Under the pieces are notes generated by a model, which searched no databases, had not been told where the DNA came from, and worked only from the letters and a program-made list of their open reading frames with translations. This document shows positions 16,607 to 25,297 of a stretch of DNA of 25,297 nt, piece after piece. The position numbers and the translations under genes were made by a program. Source of the stretch: an uncultured bacterium (GTDB lineage: Bacteria; Zixibacteria; MSB-5A5; UBA10806); contig CBEUCH010000028.1 in the NCBI GenBank assembly GCA_965541585.1, forward strand, positions 1 through 25,297. The letters run 5' to 3'. Position 1 is the stretch's first letter, and every line of letters begins with the position of its first letter.

Positions 16607-18772
16607 TTACTCCATCTTCTTCAAGATGGCTTGAAAGCGAGGATGACTGCGGATGGGATCAAAATCCGAATCCTTCTCAAGCCACTTTTTCAAGGAGAAG
16701 CCATTTTCTACAGCTCTTTCGAGATAATCGAGAGCTTCTTCGGTTTTACCCAGATTGGAAAAAAGACAGGCTGTATTATAGAGAACTCCAACCTCATCAG
16801 GACCGATCGATAGAGCTCTATTTGCCCACTCCAAGCTTTTCTCTTTTTCACCTATATTAAGGAGAGCAATGGCGCCCAGGCAATATGCACGCACATCGTC
16901 CGGATTCAGTTCCAGATGTTTTTCAGCAATTTCTACGCCCATTCGAGATGCTGTTTTAGCTTCCGGGTCTAGATTCAGTTCTTTATAGACGGTGGCGAGG
17001 AGTATCGGTGCCTGATAGTCCTCCGGGTTTGCCAGACTTGCCTGTTTATAAAGTTGCATTGCCTTTTCCAACTTTCCCTGCAAATAGCAGTTGCGAGCAT
17101 AGAAAAAACATGCTTCGAATAACATCGGATTCAGCCGAACTGCGGTCTCGAACTCCTTCTCCGCCTCGGCGCCCCGTTCAACAAGTGATAAAGCGAGTCC
17201 GCGCGCCGCGTGTGCCTCCGCCAGCTCGGAATCCAGCTCAAGAGCCTTTTGGCTGGCCGTTAGAGACTGTTCTACATTTACCTGCCTGCTATCAAGGTAC
17301 ATAAAAAGAAATGAATGGCAGTCCGCCCTTCCGGCGTAGGCGAGTGCGTAGCCCGGATCCTTTTCGATCGCCCGCGAAAACATCTTGAGAGCAAACTCAA
17401 CGGTCATTTTATTCAATCGGTAGAAAAACTTTCGACCGCGAAGGTAATAATCATAAGCCTGAATATCATTCGTTGCGGTTTTCTCCAGGGCGCGTTTTTC
17501 ATTCTTGCTCAATTTGACCTTTAAAGCTCGAACGATATTCCGTGCGATCTCGTCCTGAATAGCAAAGACATCCTCCAACTCACGATCGTAGCGCTCCGAC
17601 CAGAGGTGGTAGCCGTCAGCTACATTCAGGAGCTGGGCCGTGATGCGGAGTTGGTTCCCTGCTTTTCGAACGCTGCCTTCGAGCAACGTCTCAACATTCA
17701 GTTTCCGGCCGATATCGCGAATATCCTCCTGTTTGCCCTTGAAGGCAAAGGCGGAAGTGCGGGCAGCAACTCGCAGACCTTCCACATGCGTAAGATCGTT
17801 GATAATATCCTCCGCCATCCCGTCGCAGAAGTATTCCTGCTCCGGGTCAGCGCTCATATTCGTAAACGGCAATACCGCGATGGACGGCTGAGGTTGTGTG
17901 GCTGAAGGACCAGATTCAAGGTCCTTCTTGAGTCTTATCAGGTCGCTGATAATACCGGCTGCTTCCTGATAGCGTGTTTCGAGATCCTTATCCAGAGCCT
18001 TATCGACAATTTTCTGCAAGCTATCGGGAACGTCCGTTCGGTATTTCGACAATAGCTGAGGAATATCATTCAATATGGAATTCAAGGTTGCCGCCTCACT
18101 GTCTCCCTTGAAGGGTGCTCGGCCTGTAATCATTTCATAGAACACAACCCCCAGGGAAAACAGGTCGGAACGCCGATCGATATCCTTTCCTTCGATCTGC
18201 TCCGGTGACATGTAACCAATCGTGCCGAGAGTCGAACCGGATATTGTAAGCTTCTCCGATCCTTTAACAGCTGCCAGGCCGAAATCAAGCAGTTTAGGTC
18301 GACTGTCTGTGTCAATCACTATATTCGATGGTTTTATGTCCCGGTGGACAATCCCCGCCTGGTGCGCTTTATTTAATCCCTCACATATCCCAATGGCAAG
18401 ATCGACAATTTCCGAAATTGAAAGTTCATTTTTCTTTATCACATCCCCAAGCGCTCGACCTTCAATATGCTCCATGGCGAAATATGGGCGCCCCTGGTAT
18501 TCACTAACTTCGTGGATGGTGACGATATTGGGGTGATTTAGCTTAGCCGTCGCTTGAGCCTCACGTTTGAAGCGGGCACGGCAGTCTTCATCAGGGCAGA
18601 GATGCGGTGGCAGGAACTTTAGGGCGACCTTGCGATCAAGCTCGGTATCTTCAGCCAGGTACACCTCACCCATGCCACCGGCGCCGATCTTTTCGATGAT
18701 CTTATAATGCGAGATCATCGTCCCGTTGGTTATGGGAACGTAGGAGCGGGTGTTGTCGTTTTCATGCCTCAT
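16607..18772 (-). CDS. Hanks-type Ser/Thr protein kinase + TolB-N-like domain + TPR repeats (cytoplasmic, no TM)
   Basis: GAGGMG, VALK, REA, HRDIKPSN, DFG and YMSPEQ are intact. SIAVLPF...EYFCDGMAE...LEGSVRKAG domain, TPRs, terminal YNTAC...DSDFDPIRSHPRF. Confidence 0.93.
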   Translation of the reverse strand: MRHENDNTRSYVPITNGTMISHYKIIEKIGAGGMGEVYLAEDTELDRKVALKFLPPHLCPDEDCRARFKREAQATAKLNHPNIVTIHEVSEYQGRPYFAMEHIEGRALGDVIKKNELSISEIVDLAIGICEGLNKAHQAGIVHRDIKPSNIVIDTDSRPKLLDFGLAAVKGSEKLTISGSTLGTIGYMSPEQIEGKDIDRRSDLFSLGVVFYEMITGRAPFKGDSEAATLNSILNDIPQLLSKYRTDVPDSLQKIVDKALDKDLETRYQEAAGIISDLIRLKKDLESGPSATQPQPSIAVLPFTNMSADPEQEYFCDGMAEDIINDLTHVEGLRVAARTSAFAFKGKQEDIRDIGRKLNVETLLEGSVRKAGNQLRITAQLLNVADGYHLWSERYDRELEDVFAIQDEIARNIVRALKVKLSKNEKRALEKTATNDIQAYDYYLRGRKFFYRLNKMTVEFALKMFSRAIEKDPGYALAYAGRADCHSFLFMYLDSRQVNVEQSLTASQKALELDSELAEAHAARGLALSLVERGAEAEKEFETAVRLNPMLFEACFFYARNCYLQGKLEKAMQLYKQASLANPEDYQAPILLATVYKELNLDPEAKTASRMGVEIAEKHLELNPDDVRAYCLGAIALLNIGEKEKSLEWANRALSIGPDEVGVLYNTACLFSNLGKTEEALDYLERAVENGFSLKKWLEKDSDFDPIRSHPRFQAILKKME

Positions 18773-18778
18773 AGGCTA

Positions 18779-21412
18779 TCACTCGTATTTCTCCAGCAAC
18801 GCCTGGAAGCGCGGGTGGTCGCGGAGGGGGTCGTACCTGGGGTCGACCCGGAGCAATGGAACCGTAAACCCGCATGGTATCGAAAGCAGATGCTCAATTT
18901 GATCCAGGGCGGCATCATACTCTCCAACCATGACATAAACCTGCGTGAGCTCCCCTAACATGAATGTCCCCTGAAAGGCGTCTTTGCTGATCGGCATTTG
19001 CTCAACAGCCATCTGGGCGCGACGTATTGCTTCTTCACTATAGCCCAGACCGGCATACGCAAGCGCTGTTCTCGATAGGTCGAACGAAACGTCGGGGCCA
19101 CCAGCAAGCAGTGCCTCTAAGAATACGCGCGCCGAGTCGTAACAAGCGGCGCTTTTCAGAGAGTCGTTTAACAGGTGATACACCCTTGCCTTGGCCATAT
19201 AGTAGTCTGCGCTATCTCCGAAGGGAGAGATCACCATCGATGACAACCGACTAAGTGCAGCCTCGTAGTCACGATCCAGAATATCACAAGCAACAAGAGC
19301 AAAGGCGAACTGTGCCATCTTCACTTTCCCGGCCGCGCTTTCGATTACCTCTCGAGCTTGGCCCGTGTTACCCTTCCATATCTGGTACATTCCGCACTTG
19401 AATGTATACGCAATAGTGAGATCAGGGCTGAGTGAGATGGCCATGTCGTACAACCTCTCAGCTTCCTCATAGTTATGTATAACGGCGTGAGTAAGAGCGA
19501 ATTCAAAGAAACCGCGGCCATCGCGTGGATTCAGTTCAGTGGCGCGCTTGAAGTTCTGAATTGCCTCTTCCCATTTCCCCTGTCGCCTTTTTATGGCACC
19601 AATTGTTCCATACAAAGCATCGTTGTTTGGTTGGCTCTTGCGGGCAATCTCAGCTTCCTGAAGCGCTCGCTCATAGTCCCGGAACCCGTGGTAATAGTAC
19701 ACTGCGAGCGCCCAATGTGCTTCCGGCAGCTCAGGTTTGATTTCCAGCGCTTTGTCCACGGCTTGCTTTGCCATCTGCAGGCGATTCTCCGACCGATCAT
19801 AGTAGAACCAGTACAACTCTATGTGCGCGTATGAGAGGGCAGCGTGGGCCAGAGCAAAATCGGGATCGAGGGCAATAGCTTTTTCAAACATCTCAATGGC
19901 TATCCGAAAATCTTCCTCATCATAGCTGCGCCTTGAGTACTGATTGCCACGGAGATAATAGTCGTACGCTTCCATGTTATCGGTCGGCTTGGCTTCAAGC
20001 GAACGGCGTTCCGGTTCCAGCAACGCGACATCAAGCGCCTCAGCGATCTTATTGGCGATGTCTGCCTGCACGGCGAAGATTTGGGTTAGAGCCCGTTCGT
20101 AATTGTCTGCCCAGAGATGCAAATCATCCGATGTTCGAATCAACTGCGGGAGGATGCGTACCCGGCTGGTGTCACCGGACTTGTCCCAACGGATGGTGCC
20201 CTCCAGTACATACTCTACACCCAGTTCTTTTCCGATCTCCCGCAGGCCCTTGTCAGTGTCTTTGTATTGCATGGCGCTGGTGCGAGAAATCACGCCCAAC
20301 CCCGATACCGATGCCAGCCGGGATGTGATTTCATCGGTGATGCCGTCGGCAAAGTATTCGTCTTCCTGCGCCCCGAGATTCTCAAACGGCAACACTGCGA
20401 GCGTTTTCCCGCCTTCCCTTCTGGCTGCCTGATCTTTCTGTAAGAATGAATACCAGGAGGCTATGGCTATTATAGCGGCAGTTCCAACACCTATCCATAG
20501 GGACCATCTCCTCGGCCGCCGGGCGGGTGTCACAGCAATCGAACTCTGAACCGGGGCAATCAACCGTTTCAGGTCGCTTATTATACCTGCCGCGGTCTGA
20601 TACCGCATCGACGGGTCTTTTTCGAGCAACTTGGAGACAGTCCTCTGAAGCTCATCTGGAATGTTCGCTCGATATTTTGCCAGAGGTTCCGGCGTAGCAC
20701 TCAATATAGCCTGTCCGGTTGCCATGTCGTTGTCGCGGGCAAAAGGGGTCCGTCCAGTGATCAGCTCATAAAGAACAACTCCCAGAGAGAACAGATCTGA
20801 TCGATGATCGGTTTCCTTCCCCTGAACCTGCTCTGGAGACATATACTGCATAGTCCCGAGCGTGGAGCCGGTCTTTGTAAGATGTTCTCCGCCTTGAATA
20901 GCGGCCAGCCCAAAATCGAGAATTTTCGGCCTGCCGTAAGCATCAATCACGATGTTGGAGGGTTTGATATCTCTGTGAACGACCTTCTTATCATGAGCTG
21001 CTCCCAGACCATCGCAGATCTGGATGGCCAGTTCGATGATTCTATCCAGGCTGAATTCTTTCCCTTTGGATGATTCTCGTAATGATTGGCCTTCCACAAG
21101 TTGCATAGCAAAGTACGGTCGCCCCTGATAATCGGATACTTCGAAAATAGTCACAATATTGGGATGATTTAGCTTTGCCGCCGCCTGCGCTTCTCGTTTG
21201 AAACGAGCCCGGCAATCCTCGTCCTGGCAAAGATGCGGTGGCAGGAACTTAAGAGCAACGTTGCGGTTGAGTTTAGTGTCCTCAGCAAGATAGACCTCAC
21301 CCATGCCACCGGCGCCGATCTTTTCGATGATCTTATAGTGGGAGATCACCGTGCCCTTGGATATGGGAACGTAAGATCGAGTTTCGTCGTTATCGCTGGG
21401 GTGTTTCGCCAT
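18779..21412 (-). CDS. Hanks-type Ser/Thr protein kinase + single TM helix + TolB-N-like domain + TPR repeats
   Basis: Intact kinase motifs. RRPRRWSLWIGVGTAAIIAIASWYSFL TM segment, TLAVLPFENLG...YFADGITDEI, TPRs, terminal DPRYDPLRDHPRF. Confidence 0.93.
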   Translation of the reverse strand: MAKHPSDNDETRSYVPISKGTVISHYKIIEKIGAGGMGEVYLAEDTKLNRNVALKFLPPHLCQDEDCRARFKREAQAAAKLNHPNIVTIFEVSDYQGRPYFAMQLVEGQSLRESSKGKEFSLDRIIELAIQICDGLGAAHDKKVVHRDIKPSNIVIDAYGRPKILDFGLAAIQGGEHLTKTGSTLGTMQYMSPEQVQGKETDHRSDLFSLGVVLYELITGRTPFARDNDMATGQAILSATPEPLAKYRANIPDELQRTVSKLLEKDPSMRYQTAAGIISDLKRLIAPVQSSIAVTPARRPRRWSLWIGVGTAAIIAIASWYSFLQKDQAARREGGKTLAVLPFENLGAQEDEYFADGITDEITSRLASVSGLGVISRTSAMQYKDTDKGLREIGKELGVEYVLEGTIRWDKSGDTSRVRILPQLIRTSDDLHLWADNYERALTQIFAVQADIANKIAEALDVALLEPERRSLEAKPTDNMEAYDYYLRGNQYSRRSYDEEDFRIAIEMFEKAIALDPDFALAHAALSYAHIELYWFYYDRSENRLQMAKQAVDKALEIKPELPEAHWALAVYYYHGFRDYERALQEAEIARKSQPNNDALYGTIGAIKRRQGKWEEAIQNFKRATELNPRDGRGFFEFALTHAVIHNYEEAERLYDMAISLSPDLTIAYTFKCGMYQIWKGNTGQAREVIESAAGKVKMAQFAFALVACDILDRDYEAALSRLSSMVISPFGDSADYYMAKARVYHLLNDSLKSAACYDSARVFLEALLAGGPDVSFDLSRTALAYAGLGYSEEAIRRAQMAVEQMPISKDAFQGTFMLGELTQVYVMVGEYDAALDQIEHLLSIPCGFTVPLLRVDPRYDPLRDHPRFQALLEKYE

Positions 21413-21430
21413 GTCGGTCTCGCAACTGAT

Positions 21431-23692
21431 CTATTCCAGTTCCATCCTTTTAAGCAGAGCTTCAAACCTTGGATGTGAGCGCAGGCTGTCAAGCATTGGC
21501 TCCACCTTCAGAGTTCCCAATGCGTGATCATGCTCGTCGTAAGCTTTTTCCAACCACTTGAGGGCGCTGTTATTCTCGCCAAGTCCCAGATGAATTAAGG
21601 CCGTGTAAAATGGGGAGACAAACCTCCGCTTGGACAGCTCAGACAACTCGTCGAGTACCTCCCTGGCTTCGTCGTTCTTTCCCGAGAGCGAATACAGTAT
21701 TCCAAGCTGTATTATTATGAGCGGATTGGCCTCTCCAGAAAGATCCGCGGCCTTTTGAGTTTCTGTCATGGCTTCTTGATACATCTGCTTCTGTGCATAC
21801 GCAAACGCAACTAACCAATGAACGGGGAAGAAGTTCGGGTCCATCTCAACCGTCCTCAGCGCTGCCTCTATCGCTTGGTCGTACAGACGGGCAAAGTAGC
21901 GTACCTCAGCCAGGACTGTGTTGTAGAGTAGTGAGAGCGGGTCAAGGTTCAGGGCACACTCAATCTCTCGGAAGGCCTCTTCGTGTCTCCCCAAATAGCA
22001 TAAGAACTCACTGTACCTGTGGTGGGCTGGCAGGTAGCCGGGGTTCAGTTCGATAGCCCGTCTGTATCCCTTCTCGGCTGCTGACCAGTCCCAGTCATAG
22101 AACTCTCTAACGGCCGCCAGAGAAGTGTGAACTTCGGCGAGGGTTGCGTCCATGTCTCGCGCCTTTTCCGCTGCAACTTTCGCTTTTGGGAAGGCTTCTT
22201 TAGGTGCGACATAGCCATACCACCCGAGGAGGTTGTAGCAATCAGCTATCCCGGTGTACGGCAGGACATAGGCCGGGTCTTCTTCAGCAGCTTGCTGGAA
22301 GTATTCCAAGCCCTTCCTCATCCCCTGTTCTGTCCTCTTGTTCCAGTGATACCGACCCTTCAAGTAGAGGTTGTATGCATCAGGGTTGTCAGTGAGCCGT
22401 TTCACGATCTGTTCGTGTTCACCGCCAAGAAGCTTGACTCTTAGTTTCTCTACTATAGCTATAGAGATTTCATCCTGCACTTCAAAGATATCACTCAGCT
22501 CGCGCTCGTAGCGTTCTGACCAGAGGTGGTAGCCGTCTGAAATCTTGATGAGCTGACCAGTGATCCTGACTCGATTTCCGGCCTTCCGGACGCTGCCTTC
22601 AAGCACGTTGTTGACGTTCAGTTTTCTGCCAATCTCCCGGATATCTTCATGTATACCTTTGAATGCAAAGCACGATGTCCTTGCCACCACACGTAAACCT
22701 TCTACGTGGGTCAGAGCATTGATAATCTCTTCTGCCATGCCATCGCAGAAATACTCTTGCTCCGGATCGGCACTAAGATTTGTGAACGGCAAAACAGCAA
22801 TGGATGGCCGTGATACTTCCTTCTCAGAATCGGATAGCTGATCCCTTCCGAGTGTTTTGAGATCACTGATTAAGCCTAAAGCACTCTGATAGCGTAGGGA
22901 CGGATCTTTCTCAAGTAGTTTCGAGACAATATCCTGAAGTTTACCCGACACGCCACTTTTATATCTTGAAAGCGGTTCGGGAATTTCATTGATAACCGAG
23001 TTCATTGTGGCTGCTTCGGTATCACCCTTGAATGGCAGCCGCCCGGCAATCATTTCGTAGAGGACAACCCCGAGAGAAAACAGGTCACTACGATGATCGA
23101 CGTTTTTGCCTTGGGCCTGCTCTGGTGACATGTAACCAATTGTACCGAGGGTTGAACCTGCTATTGTAAGCTTCTCCGATCCCCTCATAGCCGCCAGGCC
23201 GAAATCAAGCAGCTTAGGTCGATTGTCTATGTCAATCACAATATTTGATGGCTTAATGTCCCGGTGGACAATCCCCGCCTGGTGAGCTTTATTCAATCCC
23301 TCGCATATCCCAATGGCTAGCTCGACAATCTCCGAAATCGAAAGTTCATTCTTCTTTATTACATCGCCAAGCGCCCGACCTTCCACATGCTCCATGGCAA
23401 AATACGGACGGCTATTGTGCTCGCTAACTTCATAGATCGTTACAATATTCGGATGATTCAGCTTTGCCGCTGCCTGGGCTTCTCGCTTGAAACGGGCCCG
23501 GCAGTCTTCATCGGGGCAGAGATGCGGTGGCAGGAACTTAAGCGCGACCTTACGGTTGAGTTCGGTATCCTCGGCCAGGTACACTTCACCCATCCCGCCG
23601 GCGCCGATCTTCTCAACTATCCGATAATGCGAAACCATCGTGCCCTTGGTTATGGGAACGAATGAACGGGTGTTGTCGTTGCTATTCTCCAT
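21431..23692 (-). CDS. Hanks-type Ser/Thr protein kinase + TolB-N-like domain + TPR repeats (cytoplasmic, no TM)
   Basis: Intact kinase motifs. SIAVLPFTNLSADPEQEYFCDGMAEE, AYNLYLKGRYHWNKRT, DWDWSAAE and LDPLS TPRs, terminal EPMLDSLRSHPRF. Confidence 0.93.
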   Translation of the reverse strand: MENSNDNTRSFVPITKGTMVSHYRIVEKIGAGGMGEVYLAEDTELNRKVALKFLPPHLCPDEDCRARFKREAQAAAKLNHPNIVTIYEVSEHNSRPYFAMEHVEGRALGDVIKKNELSISEIVELAIGICEGLNKAHQAGIVHRDIKPSNIVIDIDNRPKLLDFGLAAMRGSEKLTIAGSTLGTIGYMSPEQAQGKNVDHRSDLFSLGVVLYEMIAGRLPFKGDTEAATMNSVINEIPEPLSRYKSGVSGKLQDIVSKLLEKDPSLRYQSALGLISDLKTLGRDQLSDSEKEVSRPSIAVLPFTNLSADPEQEYFCDGMAEEIINALTHVEGLRVVARTSCFAFKGIHEDIREIGRKLNVNNVLEGSVRKAGNRVRITGQLIKISDGYHLWSERYERELSDIFEVQDEISIAIVEKLRVKLLGGEHEQIVKRLTDNPDAYNLYLKGRYHWNKRTEQGMRKGLEYFQQAAEEDPAYVLPYTGIADCYNLLGWYGYVAPKEAFPKAKVAAEKARDMDATLAEVHTSLAAVREFYDWDWSAAEKGYRRAIELNPGYLPAHHRYSEFLCYLGRHEEAFREIECALNLDPLSLLYNTVLAEVRYFARLYDQAIEAALRTVEMDPNFFPVHWLVAFAYAQKQMYQEAMTETQKAADLSGEANPLIIIQLGILYSLSGKNDEAREVLDELSELSKRRFVSPFYTALIHLGLGENNSALKWLEKAYDEHDHALGTLKVEPMLDSLRSHPRFEALLKRMELE

Positions 23693-23699
23693 GCTTATC

Positions 23700-25297
23700 T
23701 CATGGCTTGCGCTTCAAACGCGCCAGCCGCTCTTTGGCGTCTTCGATTTCTTGGATTCCCGGGTCAGCGTCTTTCCATATGTCCAGGAACTCTTCGTATT
23801 GCTCTATAGCTTTGTCGTTCCAGCCCGATTGTTCGTATGCTGTTGCCAGCCAATAGTAAGCTTTGACGGCGTCAGCTGAATATATAACCCGACTTTCGTC
23901 GTACCGACGCATAGCCTTTTCAAACATGGTTACAGCGTCACCCAGCCGACCGGCGCCGAAGTAGCAGCGGGCAAGATAGAGCTCTGACATAAAGTAAGGA
24001 AGAAAAGCCTCTAATGACTTCTCGAAGTACACAGAGGCTGTGTCAAAGTCCTCTTTGGCGAAGGCAACCTGACCCCGCGCAATCCAATAGAGGGCTGGCC
24101 GTGACGAATCGGACTCCCGGAAATGACGATCCAATTCTTCAACCAGGGAGTCCGATTTGCTGAAGTTGCCGGCTTCAGCGTATAGGTATGGCACATATCC
24201 TTTGAATAAGGAGATGAGCTCGTTGTTCGGGTCGACGTCTTCCATAATGTTTTTCGCCTTCTCAGCGTCACTGATTGCCGATTTTAGGTCGCCAAGAAGC
24301 TCGTAAATATATGCACGCAGGCTGATCTTGTCTGCCAAACTCCGGCTTTTAACCAGTTCCATGCGATCGGTTTCTATCCCGATATCCAGTATGCGGATCG
24401 CCTGCTGAAATCGACCCTGGTACACTGGAATCACGGCTAAGGCTGTTCTTCCATCAGCCCGAGTGTACTTGTCCGGGTGAGACGCCGTCACCTGATATAG
24501 ACTTTCCGCCTTGCCGTACTCCTGCTCGATCAGGTACATGTCTCCGAGTTTCCAGATACTCGCGGCGTAGTTGGGATCCACATCGATGGCTCGTTGGTAA
24601 GACGCTATTGCTCCGGCAATGTTGCCATCGTAAGCATACAGGTCGCCGCGGCTGTCATACGGATTCGGCTCATCGGGCGCCAGCTCGATGTACTTGTTGA
24701 TTGCCCACAGCGATTTCTCAGATTCACCGATAGATACGTAGGCGTAGGACAATGTGTTGTAGGCATCCTTGAACAGCGGGTCAATCTCGATAACCTTGAG
24801 AAACATGGCGATGGCTTGGCCTCGGTTATTCGTCCCCTGGTACAGCCGCCCCAGCCGAAAGTACGCTTCCTTTTCATCGGGATACAGTGCGATGATACTC
24901 TCAAGCTCCTGGAACGCTTTCTCATAGTCGTTGTTGAGGGCGGCCTGCTGGGCCAGGATATAGTGCTTCTCCCTGGTGTTCACTCTATCAAGGTAATTGA
25001 CCGCTTTCGCAATTGCCTCCAGCCGAGGGACACCTCCCCCGGGGCGAGTCAATGACAAACCGTAGTAGGCCATGGCAAAGGTGGAGTCGATATCGACAGC
25101 GTGTCTGAAACTCTTCTGGGCCTCGGTGTGGGCGTACTTGTAGAAATTGTCCATTCCATCCAGATAATGCCGGTACGCCTCCGCGGAGGGGGTAGAGATA
25201 TCAACGACTTGCGGATCCGGCTCCAGGAGCGCCTCGGTCGGAAGTGAAAGGTCTCCTTTGATTTCGACGGTGAGCTTGTCAACCAGTGAGAATATCT
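23700..25297 (-). CDS. TPR-repeat protein, 5'-truncated by the window; probably the C-terminal part of a fourth kinase-TolB-like-TPR gene
   Basis: The frame stays open upstream of ATG 25154 to the window edge (IFSLVDKLTVEIKGDLSLP...STPSAEAYRHYLDG), matching the DIF...AY.YYL.G junction of the other three. Many TPRs, terminal W.DADPG...EDAKERLARLK. The kinase domain is not visible. Confidence 0.85.
   Translation of the reverse strand, partial: IFSLVDKLTVEIKGDLSLPTEALLEPDPQVVDISTPSAEAYRHYLDGMDNFYKYAHTEAQKSFRHAVDIDSTFAMAYYGLSLTRPGGGVPRLEAIAKAVNYLDRVNTREKHYILAQQAALNNDYEKAFQELESIIALYPDEKEAYFRLGRLYQGTNNRGQAIAMFLKVIEIDPLFKDAYNTLSYAYVSIGESEKSLWAINKYIELAPDEPNPYDSRGDLYAYDGNIAGAIASYQRAIDVDPNYAASIWKLGDMYLIEQEYGKAESLYQVTASHPDKYTRADGRTALAVIPVYQGRFQQAIRILDIGIETDRMELVKSRSLADKISLRAYIYELLGDLKSAISDAEKAKNIMEDVDPNNELISLFKGYVPYLYAEAGNFSKSDSLVEELDRHFRESDSSRPALYWIARGQVAFAKEDFDTASVYFEKSLEAFLPYFMSELYLARCYFGAGRLGDAVTMFEKAMRRYDESRVIYSADAVKAYYWLATAYEQSGWNDKAIEQYEEFLDIWKDADPGIQEIEDAKERLARLKRKP

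Noticed and set aside
23700..25154. 484-aa stand-alone TPR protein starting at 25154
   Set aside because: The frame is open to the window edge and continues in TolB-like/linker sequence, so this ATG is internal.

Overview
Bacterial DNA that by inference resembles candidate phylum Zixibacteria or a related FCB-like lineage. The clues are many secreted proteins ending in a QNYPNPFN...K T9SS-type-A/FlgD-Ig sorting domain and expanded kinase-TolB-like-TPR genes; the taxonomy was not checked against a database. The left part (0.7-7 kb, + strand) encodes four secreted proteins with this tail: a type-1 copper cupredoxin, two beta-helix paralogs and an LVIVD-repeat protein. The middle (7.4-16.5 kb) holds stand-alone genes: saccharopine dehydrogenase, iron-sulfur flavoprotein, radical SAM, a membrane protein, an exported PPP-type metallophosphoesterase, an enoyl-CoA hydratase/isomerase and a putative exported protein. 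Several gene remnants lie among them (kinase, ACT domain, ABC permease, two signal-peptide stubs). The right part (16.6 kb to the end, - strand) is a tightly packed array of at least four genes. Three are complete Hanks-type Ser/Thr kinase + TolB-N-like + TPR proteins, and the fourth runs off the edge. The kinases share a conserved leader and an unusual HLC-x-DEDC motif but carry divergent TPR sensor modules. No rRNA, tRNA, CRISPR array, transposase or integrase was recognised.
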